Positions 49,449 through 58,658 are shown, counted from the first letter of the stretch. The stretch is DNA of 64,000 bases from Patescibacteria group bacterium (GCA_038061755.1 JBBTYN010000002.1:79312-143311), one strand, 5' to 3'. The notes: generated from the sequence alone by a model not told the origin. Numbers and translations: made by a program.

Positions 49449-49533
49449 AAAAATTTATTTTTTTATTAAATAAACTACTAATGCCTACTTTGTATCAAAA
49501 TATAAAAAACTTGGCAATAGCAAGTGTGGATAA

Positions 49534-49570
49534 CCCCCACACCTTTCGACAATACAAAGAAAGGTGTGGG
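49534..49570. repeat. Intergenic palindrome copy 3, abutting a DnaA box (49525-49533)
   Basis: CCCCCACACCTTTC...GAAAGGTGTGGG. Confidence 0.8.
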
Positions 49571-49578
49571 AAATAAGT

Positions 49579-50076
49579 CTAAAATCTCATATGCGCAAAG
49601 GCTGTCAGGGCTATAGCGATAGCGTCTAATTCATCATCGGATTTTTTAGAATTATCTATATCCACTAAAATTTTCACCATTTTTATAATTTGTTCTTTGT
49701 TAGCTTTTCCATAGCCAGTGGTGGCTATTTTAATTTGAGGAGGAGAAGCTTCAAATATCTTCAGTTCTGCGCATGAGGCTTCATAGATCACTACTCCGCG
49801 CACTTCAGCCACATTCATTACTGTTTTGTGATTAGTATTTAAAAATAAAGTTTCAATAGCTAAAATTTCTGGCTTATATTTTTTTATTATTTTTTTAACC
49901 TTTTCACCAATTAATTTTAATCTTTCACTAAATTCTAATTTAGTAGAAGTTTTAAAACATTCAGAAAAAATTACTTTTTCCTTCCTCGACACACCATAGC
50001 CTTTAGTGAAGGCGGTTCTCTCCAATATTGCAATTCCTAACCGCTCATATCCCGGATCTATTCCTAAAATTCGCAT
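49579..50076 (-). CDS. ruvC: Holliday junction resolvase RuvC
   Basis: ILGIDPG, AIE, GYGKA.K, DDELDAIAIA motifs. Confidence 0.94.
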   Translation of the reverse strand: MRILGIDPGYERLGIAILERTAFTKGYGVSRKEKVIFSECFKTSTKLEFSERLKLIGEKVKKIIKKYKPEILAIETLFLNTNHKTVMNVAEVRGVVIYEASCAELKIFEASPPQIKIATTGYGKANKEQIIKMVKILVDIDNSKKSDDELDAIAIALTAFAHMRF

Positions 50077-50104
50077 GATTAAAGTTTAGCATAATAAAAA
50101 TTTT

Positions 50105-50641
50105 TTATTCGGTGTTTGTGTAGACATCTTGAACGTCATCATTTTCCTCAAGTTCTTCCACCAGTTTATCCAACAATTCCAAATCTGTATCTGAAACAGG
50201 TACAAGCATATTTGGTTTCCAAATTATTCCCTCTGGAGTTTTTTCTTTTTGAAATCCCCACGTTACTGAGCCGATGCCACCCAACGCAAAACCATTTTTA
50301 GTAAGAATGTGTTTTATATCTTGCGCCGTTCTGTTTTTACTATCTGTAAGAGTTTCAATAATAATACCTATTCCTCCTGGACCATGTGTTTCGTAAGTGA
50401 TTGCATCCATGTGTGAAGACGGTTCGCTTCCTTTTTTTACAGCTCTTTCTATGACATCTCTTGGCATATTTACTTTTTTTGCTTTTTCAATAGCTGCACG
50501 AAGCCCAGGAGATTCTTTTCCTCCCGAGAGTTTTGCTTCTACGGAAATAAAACGTGCTAGTTTTGAAAAGATTTTGCTTTTCTTAGCATCAGAGATATCC
50601 TTTTTATGTTTAATTTGTGACCACTTATTGTGTCCTGACAT
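50105..50641 (-). CDS. yebC: YebC/PmpR family protein (short form)
   Basis: MSGHNKWSQIKHKK, TDSKNRT, DDVQDVY motifs. Confidence 0.93.
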   Translation of the reverse strand: MSGHNKWSQIKHKKDISDAKKSKIFSKLARFISVEAKLSGGKESPGLRAAIEKAKKVNMPRDVIERAVKKGSEPSSHMDAITYETHGPGGIGIIIETLTDSKNRTAQDIKHILTKNGFALGGIGSVTWGFQKEKTPEGIIWKPNMLVPVSDTDLELLDKLVEELEENDDVQDVYTNTE

Positions 50642-50649
50642 AAATTTAT

Positions 50650-51660
50650 TTATATTAATTTATCTTGTTTGCCTTTATAGTTAAAATCCAAATGCTCATA
50701 GGCTTTTTTTGTAGCTATTCTTCCACGAGCGGTTCGTTCTAGCAAGCCTAATTGAATTAAATATGGTTCTATCACTTCTTCTATGGTCGCTTCTTCTTCA
50801 GACATTGCCGCGCCGATAGTTTTTAAACCAACTGGTCCACCATTAAATTTTTCAATTAATATTTCTAAAAATTTTCTATCAGAAGAATTTAAGCCTATGT
50901 CATCAATGGCGAGCATATTGAGTGCCTCCTTGATTGTTTTTTGATCTAAATCTTTTTTATTTACCTGAGCAAAATCTCTACAGCGTTTCAAGAAATAATT
51001 TGCTGTACGGGGAGTGAACCTACTTCTCTTGGCGATTTCTTTTAAAGCATCTTCAGCTAAAGTTATTTTTAAAAGATTACTGGATCTTTTTACTATTTCT
51101 CCTATTTCTTCATTTGAATAAAATTCTAAGCGAAAAACTCCACCAGAGAAACGAGAACGAAGTGGAGAGGAGACCATGGCGACTCGAGTAGTAGCAGCAA
51201 TTAAAGTAAAAGGTGGTAGGTCCAGTTGAATAGTACGCGCTGAAGGACCTTTTCCGATGATAATATCTAAAACTCCAGATTCCATAGCGGGGTAGAGTAT
51301 TTCTTCAACCATTTTATTAAGCCGATGAATTTCATCTATAAAAAGAATATCGCCGGCCGCTAAATTTGTCAGAACAGAAGCTAGATCACCAACTTTTTCA
51401 ATTGCTGGTCCGGAAGTTATTTTTATTTGCCTGCTTGTTTCTTTAGCAATCAAATGCGCTAATGTGGTTTTTCCCAACCCGGGTGGTCCATAAAAAAGAA
51501 TGTGTTCAGGTATGTGCCCGCGTTCTTTGGCTGCCTGTAATAATATTTTAATGTTGTCTTTTATATGTTTTTGGCCAATATATTCTTTCCACTTGGTAGG
51601 ACGGAGAGTTTGGTCTAAAAAAGAGTCATCAGCTATTTCTTTTTTTTTGTCTTTATTCAT
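50650..51660 (-). CDS. ruvB: Holliday junction helicase RuvB
   Basis: LRP...YIGQ, GPPGLGKTTLA, FIDEIHRL, EPYL motifs. Confidence 0.97.
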   Translation of the reverse strand: MNKDKKKEIADDSFLDQTLRPTKWKEYIGQKHIKDNIKILLQAAKERGHIPEHILFYGPPGLGKTTLAHLIAKETSRQIKITSGPAIEKVGDLASVLTNLAAGDILFIDEIHRLNKMVEEILYPAMESGVLDIIIGKGPSARTIQLDLPPFTLIAATTRVAMVSSPLRSRFSGGVFRLEFYSNEEIGEIVKRSSNLLKITLAEDALKEIAKRSRFTPRTANYFLKRCRDFAQVNKKDLDQKTIKEALNMLAIDDIGLNSSDRKFLEILIEKFNGGPVGLKTIGAAMSEEEATIEEVIEPYLIQLGLLERTARGRIATKKAYEHLDFNYKGKQDKLI

Positions 51661-51857
51661 ATGGGTTTTTTGCGCCTAGCCCATAGTAAGATTTTCTAAA
51701 TCTCTACTACTGGGTTGACATTGATTTTATTATATGCTATATTGTAAGTGTAGTACATTTATCAACAGGGTATCAACATAGCTATCAACATTATAGCATT
51801 TGCTTGCTTAAGCATGTAGTATAATGTTGTTTAGAAGTTTTTTGTTGATATTTAAAT

Positions 51858-52009
51858 AAGGCATTAATCTCTAAGCAATCAGCCACCGGTTATATGAATT
51901 TGCATAGGACGTTTTGGTACTTTTATTAGTTTCTGGAACCATCCTATAATATTTTATTACTTTCGGAGCTCAGCCCTGAAAGGATTGTTTAGAGATTAAT
52001 GCTTTTTTT
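51858..52009 (+). ncRNA. Candidate structured RNA (6S-like rod with central bubble)
   Basis: 23-bp closing stem, inner stems, AT-rich central bubble, upstream TATAAT, trailing T-run. Confidence 0.5.
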
Positions 52010-52110
52010 ATTTCTGGAAAAGTTGACGTTATTAAACAAAAAAAGTATTCTTTAAATGAATAGACTAGTTCTATATTTTTTACAAAAAAAAGAAAGGAGG
52101 TGTTTTTCAC

Positions 52111-52182
52111 ATGTGTAATGAGAAAACACCAAAGAAAAAAGAAAAAGAAAAAGGAGAAACAAAAAAAGCTAAGAGTTCGTAG
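52111..52182 (+). CDS. Candidate 23-aa Lys-rich peptide
   Basis: TTGACG-17-TATTCT promoter (52023-52051), AAGGAGGTG SD, ORF MCNEKTPKKKEKEKGETKKAKSS, downstream terminator. Confidence 0.5.
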   Translation: MCNEKTPKKKEKEKGETKKAKSS

Positions 52183-52197
52183 AACTCTTAGCAATCT

Positions 52198-52242
52198 AAA
52201 GCCAGCGAACACCGAAAGGAAAAATGTTCGCTGGCTTTTTTA
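52198..52242. terminator. Bidirectional intrinsic terminator
   Basis: AAAGCCAGCGAACA-loop-TGTTCGCTGGCTTTTT. Confidence 0.8.
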
Positions 52243-53040
52243 TTTTTGTGGCAGATTTACTATCATCTTTTCCAATGCATCCCTATCATTAACTGCTACA
52301 CGAAGGAAAACTGGCAAATCATTTTTGTCTGCAAAACTTAGTTTCCGCAGATAATTCCAATCTTTAAATCCTTTTTTATTGATAGAAGTATGAGCAAGCA
52401 TAATATCAATTGCTTCATCATAAATTACAACCCACTCGATACCAACATTATTAATAGGAATTGGCGTCTTGTCTTTAGGAGAAAGTTTTTCATTAACACT
52501 GGCTATCTTAGTTACTAGGTTATCAAAAAAAGTAGACATCCACTTATGAGTTTTTCCAGCAGCTACTTTTGCTTCAGTGCTTTGCAAAACAATTAGCGAT
52601 TCAGAAGGCGCTGATAATGCAAATGCATTAATAAGCTTGCTATATTCTTTTTTAATTTCAGCTTTCATTTCTTTAGTTATTTGCAACTGCCTATCCGCAG
52701 AAGGAGCATAATTTATTGCCTTTCCCTCATTATCAATTATTCTTCCTTTAATCAGATCTTTCCACTTTGGAGCTGACTCTTTTTTAACTCCTTCTTCCTC
52801 TTTCTGTTGTTTTAAAAGCTTAGCCTTATATTCTTCGTAAGCTTCTTTATCTTTAAAATCATGTATAGTTTTAAACAAACTATCTTCATCTACAACTGGC
52901 GCTAAATGCTCTGCGGATGGTTTTTCATCAACAGCTTCTCTATGACCAAAAGGATCAATTGACATCTTTTCATGGATATCTGTATGATCATCTGCCATAG
53001 CTTTCAATATTTTTTTTTCTACTGGCGGTTCTTCTTTCAT
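52240..53040 (-). CDS. Hypothetical protein
   Basis: 266-aa charged ORF, no recognised motif. Confidence 0.7.
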   Translation of the reverse strand: MKEEPPVEKKILKAMADDHTDIHEKMSIDPFGHREAVDEKPSAEHLAPVVDEDSLFKTIHDFKDKEAYEEYKAKLLKQQKEEEGVKKESAPKWKDLIKGRIIDNEGKAINYAPSADRQLQITKEMKAEIKKEYSKLINAFALSAPSESLIVLQSTEAKVAAGKTHKWMSTFFDNLVTKIASVNEKLSPKDKTPIPINNVGIEWVVIYDEAIDIMLAHTSINKKGFKDWNYLRKLSFADKNDLPVFLRVAVNDRDALEKMIVNLPQK

Positions 53041-53060
53041 AAGTTATATTATAGCATATT

Positions 53061-54758
53061 TTATTCTTCTTTCAAGTCTACCACGCTTTGTACTTCCTCA
53101 AACGAAGTAACACCATTTAACATTTTTACAATTCCATCTTGGCGCATAGAGAGTATCCCTTGCGCGCTAGCGACTTTTTTAATTTCACGTTCACTTGGGT
53201 TTTCGGGCATTATTTTTTCAATAGTTTCATCAGTTTTTATTGCCTCGAAAATACCTATTCGCCCTTTGTAGCCAGTCATATTGCATTTTTCACAACCTAT
53301 TATTGAAAATAATTTTATTGGCGCATCGGGATTTATATTATAGTTTGTAAGATTTTTTCCTTCATTTTTTATACTATCCATGACTAATTTTATAATTTTT
53401 AATTCTTCTTCGGTGGGAGTTTTTTCTTTTTTACAAAAAGTGCACAATTTGCGAACTAAGCGTTGAGCGATAGAAAGAGAAAGTGCTGAAACTAATATTT
53501 TTGGATTTACTCCGAGGTCAATTAGGCGAGGGATAACGCCCGCCGCGTTATTAGTGTGCAAAGTAGAGAAAACTATATGACCAGTGAGCGCTGATTGGAC
53601 TGCAGTCTCAGCGGTTTCTTTATCGCGAATTTCTCCGACCATCACGACGTCTGGATCTTGACGAAGAGCGGAACGTAAGCCTTCTGCAAAAGTATAACCT
53701 TTTTCATCATTAGTTTGGGTCTGTGTTATGCCAGTTAAATGATATTCTACTGGGTCCTCAATGGTTATTATTTTTATTTCTGGAGAATAAATTTTTCGAA
53801 GAAATGCATAAAGAGTGGTGGTTTTTCCAGAACCGGTTGGACCGGTAACTAAAATAAGGCCATTTGGTTTTGCAATTTCTTCTTGGATTATAGAAAAAAG
53901 AAAAGGTTCTATGCCTATTTCTTCAAGTTTTACTTGGATAGATTTTGGGTCTAAAATACGCATCACAATTGATTCACCATAAGCGCCAGGAATAAGAGAG
54001 GCGCGAATACTTATTTCATCTTTTCCTTCAACAATGCTAAAACGTCCATCTTGGGCTATTTTAGAAGTTAATTTCATGCCAGACAATAATTTAATACGAG
54101 AATTTAAGAGACGATACACATCTAAATCAAAGAAGTTTGTATCTTGCAATACTCCATCAAGGCGTAGTCGCAGTCTACTTCTATCTTGTTCTGGTTCAAT
54201 GTGAATATCAGAAGCCTTAATGGCGATTGCGCCAGCCAAAATTATTTCAAGTAGGTGAGAAATTTTATGAATTTTTTTCCCCTCTAACGCTTTGGTAACC
54301 ATTTTTTGAATATCTTGTATTTTTTCTATTTTTTTTGATATTTCTCTTAAAACTTCTCCAGAAATATCTATTCCTCCAACTATAGAATTTTCTGCCATTG
54401 AAAGTTCCTTATATCTTTCCCAGACTTTATTTATACTGGCCGTAGATGCCATATAAAAAGTTGGCACTAAGTTTTTTCTTTCTAAGTCGTCTTTTAATCT
54501 TTTTATAAGATCGTCAGTGGGGGAATGCAATACCACAAAAATATTTTTTCCGAAAAGTTTAAAAGGCGCTATATTTAATTCTCTGGAATCTTTTTCAGAG
54601 ATAATCCGAAGGGCTTCATTGTCTATACCTAAACGAGAAAGATCAATATAAGGAAGACCGTACTTTGATTCCGCTAAAGTGGCCACCAACTGTTCCTCTT
54701 CTTTTTTATGCAATTCATCTAATTGTTTATTTTGTTTTTCTTCATCAAATAAAGCCAT
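53061..54758 (-). CDS. pilB: GspE/PulE/PilB type IV pilus assembly ATPase
   Basis: ASDIHIEP, GPTGSGKTTT, TIEDPVE, LRQDPD, TGH..FSTLHTN, zinc-binding Cys pairs. Confidence 0.9.
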   Translation of the reverse strand: MALFDEEKQNKQLDELHKKEEEQLVATLAESKYGLPYIDLSRLGIDNEALRIISEKDSRELNIAPFKLFGKNIFVVLHSPTDDLIKRLKDDLERKNLVPTFYMASTASINKVWERYKELSMAENSIVGGIDISGEVLREISKKIEKIQDIQKMVTKALEGKKIHKISHLLEIILAGAIAIKASDIHIEPEQDRSRLRLRLDGVLQDTNFFDLDVYRLLNSRIKLLSGMKLTSKIAQDGRFSIVEGKDEISIRASLIPGAYGESIVMRILDPKSIQVKLEEIGIEPFLFSIIQEEIAKPNGLILVTGPTGSGKTTTLYAFLRKIYSPEIKIITIEDPVEYHLTGITQTQTNDEKGYTFAEGLRSALRQDPDVVMVGEIRDKETAETAVQSALTGHIVFSTLHTNNAAGVIPRLIDLGVNPKILVSALSLSIAQRLVRKLCTFCKKEKTPTEEELKIIKLVMDSIKNEGKNLTNYNINPDAPIKLFSIIGCEKCNMTGYKGRIGIFEAIKTDETIEKIMPENPSEREIKKVASAQGILSMRQDGIVKMLNGVTSFEEVQSVVDLKEE

Positions 54759-54795
54759 TATATTAAAGTATATCCTAAGTGGTATAATTTATACA

Positions 54796-57279
54796 ATGCT
54801 AAAAGTTAAAATAAACAACAGTAAAACTCTAGTATTGCTAGATGCTCACGCCATAATACATCGTGCTTACCATGCTTTGCCAGAATTTTTGTCTTCAAAG
54901 GGTGAGCCTACAGGAGCACTATATGGACTTGCGAGCATGTTAATGAAGATAATTGCTGAGTTAAAGCCAGATTATATTGTGGCTTGTTATGATTTACCAC
55001 AAAAAACTTTTAGACATGAAGTTTATGATGGATACAAAGCAGGACGAGCGAAAACTGAGGATGCTCTAATAATACAATTAAAAAATTCCCGCCAGATTTT
55101 TGATGCTTTTGATATACCTATTTATGATGCGTCTGGCTTCGAGGCTGATGATGTTTTAGGAACAATTGTTGAGAAATATAAAAAAGATAAAAGTATAAAT
55201 ATAATTATTGCCTCTGGGGATATGGATACGATGCAATTAGTGGATGATAAAAAAGTACAAGTTTATACTTTAAAAAAAGGTATTAACGATACTATTTTGT
55301 ATGACGAAGATGCAGTTGTAAATAGATTTCATTTTAAACCTAAATTTTTGCCGGACTATAAAGGTCTGCGTGGAGACCCATCAGATAATATTATTGGCAT
55401 TAAGGGAATTGGTGAAAAAACAGCTGAAATTTTAATTTCAAAATTTGGAACAATTGAAGAAATTTACAAAAAAATTAAACAAGACGACAAGAAAGGCGAA
55501 GAAGCTTTCATAAAAGCAGGCATTAGTCCTAGAATGTTTGAGTTGCTAAAAAATAACGAGGAAGAAGCTATTTTTTCAAAAATTTTAGCGACGATAAGAA
55601 TTGATACACCAATAGATTTTGTTTTACCCGAAAAGACTTTCTGGGAAAATGTAGATTTAAAAAAAATTGAACAGGTTTTTTCAATTTTTGAATTTAGAAG
55701 TTTATTAACACGTTTAAGAAACTTTTTTGAGAATAATAGGAATAAGCAAGAGCCCCCTGATGATTATACTCGCCGTCATTCGCATTCCGTCTTGGAAGGG
55801 CAAGTTCTATCTGGTCGTAGCGAAGATTCCTCTGAGTATAATCATCAAGGAGCTCAGTTTATAGATCCACAAAAACTTCAGGAAGCCAGTATTGCTCTTT
55901 GGCTTATTAATTCTGATATACCAAATCCAAACCTGGAAGATATTTTATTTTTTACTCATGCCAATTCTTTTGAGAAAGCATATGAGCAGATTTTCAAAAC
56001 TCTTAAAGAAAAAAAATTGGAAAAAGTTTATGAAGAAATAGAAAAACCAATTATTCCTGTGGTGAAAGAGATGGAAAATTATGGAATTTTAATAGATAAA
56101 AAATATTTTGAAAAATTATCAGTTGAATATCATGCAGAATTAGATATTTTAACTAAAAAAATATATGCACAGGCTGGTGTAGAATTTAATATTAATTCAC
56201 CCAAGCAATTAGGAGAAGTGCTTTTTGGTAAAATGGGGATAAAATTATCAGGAAAAAATAAAATAAAGAAAAACGTGAGTGGTAGTTTTTCTACTAAAGT
56301 TTCAGTACTCGAAGAATTGGAAGAAGAAAATCCAATTATAAAAGAAATATTATTTTATCGAGAATTGCAAAAATTGCTTTCTACTTATATTGACGTTATC
56401 CCTAAAATGGTTGATATGAGTGGTCGTTTATATGCTAAATTTTTACAAAATGGCACAACAACAGGAAGATTTTCTTCTCAAGATCCTAATTTACAAAATT
56501 TACCAATTAAAACAGAACTTGGCAGGAGAATTCGAGGTGGTTTTGTGGCGCAAAAAGGTTACAAACTTGTTGCCTTTGATTATAGTCAGATTGAATTAAG
56601 AGTGGCGGCAATGCTTTCAGGAGATAAAAAAATGACACAAGTATTCCGTGCTCGAAAAGATATTCATGCTGGTGTTGCCTCGTTTGTTTTTGGTGTGCCA
56701 ATAGAAAAAGTAGATAGTGAAATGCGTAGAAAGGCTAAAGTAATAAATTTTGGTATTATTTATGGTATGGGAGTTTCTGCTTTACGAAAAAATCTTGGTG
56801 GGACACGTATTGAGGCGCAAAAGTTTTATGATAATTATTTTAATCAATTTTCTGGTGTGCGGGATTATTTAGAAGAAGTAAAAAAGTTCGTGTTAAAAAA
56901 TTCTTATACTGAAACTTTATTTGGCAGACGTAGAAATTTTCCAAATATAAACTCTAGAATTCCATTTTTAAAAAACATGGCTGAGCGTACTGCGACCAAT
57001 GCTCCACTTCAAGGAACAGCGGCTGATATTATTAAATTGGCAATAAGGTATGTGGAAGAAAATTTAAAAAAAGCTGATTTATTAGATAAAGTACATCTAA
57101 TACTTCAAATTCATGATGAATTAGTTTATGAAGTGGAAGAAAAGGTATTATTAAAAGCTGAGAAAATAATAAAGCAGACTATGGAAGGAGTACTGCAAAT
57201 GTCATATTTACATTATAAAACTGATATTCCACTTGAGGTGCATTCTGGTTTTGGAGATAACCTTAGGGAAGTAAAGTAA
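54796..57279 (+). CDS. polA: DNA polymerase I
   Basis: EADD, GDPSDNI, TGRFSSQDPNLQN, DYSQIELR, QIHDEL motifs; start moved to ATG 54796. Confidence 0.97.
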   Translation: MLKVKINNSKTLVLLDAHAIIHRAYHALPEFLSSKGEPTGALYGLASMLMKIIAELKPDYIVACYDLPQKTFRHEVYDGYKAGRAKTEDALIIQLKNSRQIFDAFDIPIYDASGFEADDVLGTIVEKYKKDKSINIIIASGDMDTMQLVDDKKVQVYTLKKGINDTILYDEDAVVNRFHFKPKFLPDYKGLRGDPSDNIIGIKGIGEKTAEILISKFGTIEEIYKKIKQDDKKGEEAFIKAGISPRMFELLKNNEEEAIFSKILATIRIDTPIDFVLPEKTFWENVDLKKIEQVFSIFEFRSLLTRLRNFFENNRNKQEPPDDYTRRHSHSVLEGQVLSGRSEDSSEYNHQGAQFIDPQKLQEASIALWLINSDIPNPNLEDILFFTHANSFEKAYEQIFKTLKEKKLEKVYEEIEKPIIPVVKEMENYGILIDKKYFEKLSVEYHAELDILTKKIYAQAGVEFNINSPKQLGEVLFGKMGIKLSGKNKIKKNVSGSFSTKVSVLEELEEENPIIKEILFYRELQKLLSTYIDVIPKMVDMSGRLYAKFLQNGTTTGRFSSQDPNLQNLPIKTELGRRIRGGFVAQKGYKLVAFDYSQIELRVAAMLSGDKKMTQVFRARKDIHAGVASFVFGVPIEKVDSEMRRKAKVINFGIIYGMGVSALRKNLGGTRIEAQKFYDNYFNQFSGVRDYLEEVKKFVLKNSYTETLFGRRRNFPNINSRIPFLKNMAERTATNAPLQGTAADIIKLAIRYVEENLKKADLLDKVHLILQIHDELVYEVEEKVLLKAEKIIKQTMEGVLQMSYLHYKTDIPLEVHSGFGDNLREVK
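55750..55855. mobile_element. In-frame palindromic insertion in the polA interdomain region
   Basis: 22-bp arms GAGCCCCCTGATGATTATACTC / GAGTATAATCATCAAGGAGCTC; GC-rich interior. Confidence 0.75.
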
Positions 57280-57353
57280 CATATTTATGGCCCTAAAGGA
57301 CTGCAATTTTAACAGCTTTTGCTAAGCTAAAAAATCGGGAGTATAATAGAAAT

Positions 57354-57830
57354 ATGGAAATGGAAAGTAATAATAAAAATTATATCAAAAAATGGAACGT
57401 GCATACAATTTTAGCGCACTCGCACACTATGCAATTTATATTGTTTTTGTTTGGTGTTTTTCTTGATATGATCTTTAGGGTTAAAATTTTTACAAATTCT
57501 GCTTTAGCTGGAGTGGGTGTTATTCTTTTAATATTTGGTAGTGTTTTGATATTTTGGGCACAATATACTTCTCATCACTTAAGTAAAGAAAATCTAACTA
57601 AAGAATCTTTTTCTCATGGACCTTATCGTTATATTAAAAACCCTACCAATTACGGAATATTTTTTATGATATTAGGATTTGGAATTATAGCTAATTCTTT
57701 TTTTGTTATTTTATTTGCCTTTATTTCTTCTCTAATTGCGAAGTTTGTTTTTTTAAATAAAGAAAAGAAAATTTTAATTGCAAAATACGGCGCTCCTTAT
57801 TTAGAGTACAGAAAATCCGTCAAGTTTTAA
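57354..57830 (+). CDS. Isoprenylcysteine carboxylmethyltransferase-family membrane protein
   Basis: GPYRYIKNPTNYG, EK.IL..KYG..Y..YR motifs. Confidence 0.8.
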   Translation: MEMESNNKNYIKKWNVHTILAHSHTMQFILFLFGVFLDMIFRVKIFTNSALAGVGVILLIFGSVLIFWAQYTSHHLSKENLTKESFSHGPYRYIKNPTNYGIFFMILGFGIIANSFFVILFAFISSLIAKFVFLNKEKKILIAKYGAPYLEYRKSVKF

Positions 57831-57850
57831 TTATTTTTTATTGAACATTT

Positions 57851-58522
57851 ATGTTGTACCTTTTTTCTGGAAATGATTTTAAAAATAAAATTTTAAATTA
57901 TGAAAAATTCATAAAATCTTTGTCTGCGCAAGCAGATATACCTTTCTTGGAGATTTTTTTTATAAATAGGAATGATTTTAATCCTATCCAAATTGAAAGT
58001 TTTTATTCTGGATCTAGTCTTTTTTCAGCTTTATCAGCGATAGTTTTTCAAAATATTTTTGAATATGAGGAAACTAGAGATTTTGTTTTGGACAAATTAA
58101 AACAAATGGGAGAGTCGAACAACCTTTTTATATTTTTAGAGGGAAAGCTAAATAAACCAATACTCGATGCTTTTAAAAAAGTTGAGGCAAAAAGAATGCA
58201 GATTAATATTTTTGAATTACCAAAAGAAAAGTTGGAGAAATTTGATAATTTTTTAGTGGCCAATACTTTCGCCAATAAGGATAAATTAAATACTTGGATT
58301 TATTTCAGACAGGCGATGGATGTAGGGGTAAATATTGAGGAGATTGTTGGAGTTCTCTTTTGGAAAATAAAAGATATGCTTTTGAAAAAGAATTTTAGTA
58401 AATTTTCTCCCGAGCAACTTAAAACTTTTGCTTCTCGTATTTCTTATATTTTGCCTAAAGCTCGCAAAAAAGGATGTGATGCTGAGTCTGCCTTTGAACA
58501 GTTTTTACTTGAAGCTTTTTAA
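57851..58522 (+). CDS. Shortened DNA polymerase III delta (HolA)-like protein
   Basis: MLYLFSGND start, SLFS motif, C-terminal EQFLL. Confidence 0.55.
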   Translation: MLYLFSGNDFKNKILNYEKFIKSLSAQADIPFLEIFFINRNDFNPIQIESFYSGSSLFSALSAIVFQNIFEYEETRDFVLDKLKQMGESNNLFIFLEGKLNKPILDAFKKVEAKRMQINIFELPKEKLEKFDNFLVANTFANKDKLNTWIYFRQAMDVGVNIEEIVGVLFWKIKDMLLKKNFSKFSPEQLKTFASRISYILPKARKKGCDAESAFEQFLLEAF

Positions 58523-58566
58523 TTGTCTTGATTTTTAGCCTTATTTCATATATATTTCTTTTATAT

Positions 58567-58639
58567 GCGCCCGTAGCTCAGCTGGTAGAGCAGATCCCTT
58601 TTAAGGATAAGGTCGTTGGTTCGATCCCAACCGGGCGCA
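58567..58639 (+). tRNA. tRNA-Lys(TTT)
   Basis: GCGCCCG acceptor stem, AGCTCAGCTGGTAGAGC D arm, anticodon loop ctTTTaa, GGTTCGATCCC. Confidence 0.93.
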
Positions 58640-58658
58640 CAAACAAAATAAAGAATTT

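Noticed and set aside
50105-50641. Short YebC as a pseudogene
   Set aside because: Both termini and the reading frame are intact; looks like a compact internal-deletion form.
52100-52354. 84-aa Lys-rich ORF from the track
   Set aside because: Its GTG lies inside the SD, it crosses a terminator and overlaps a convergent gene; the ATG at 52111 fits better.
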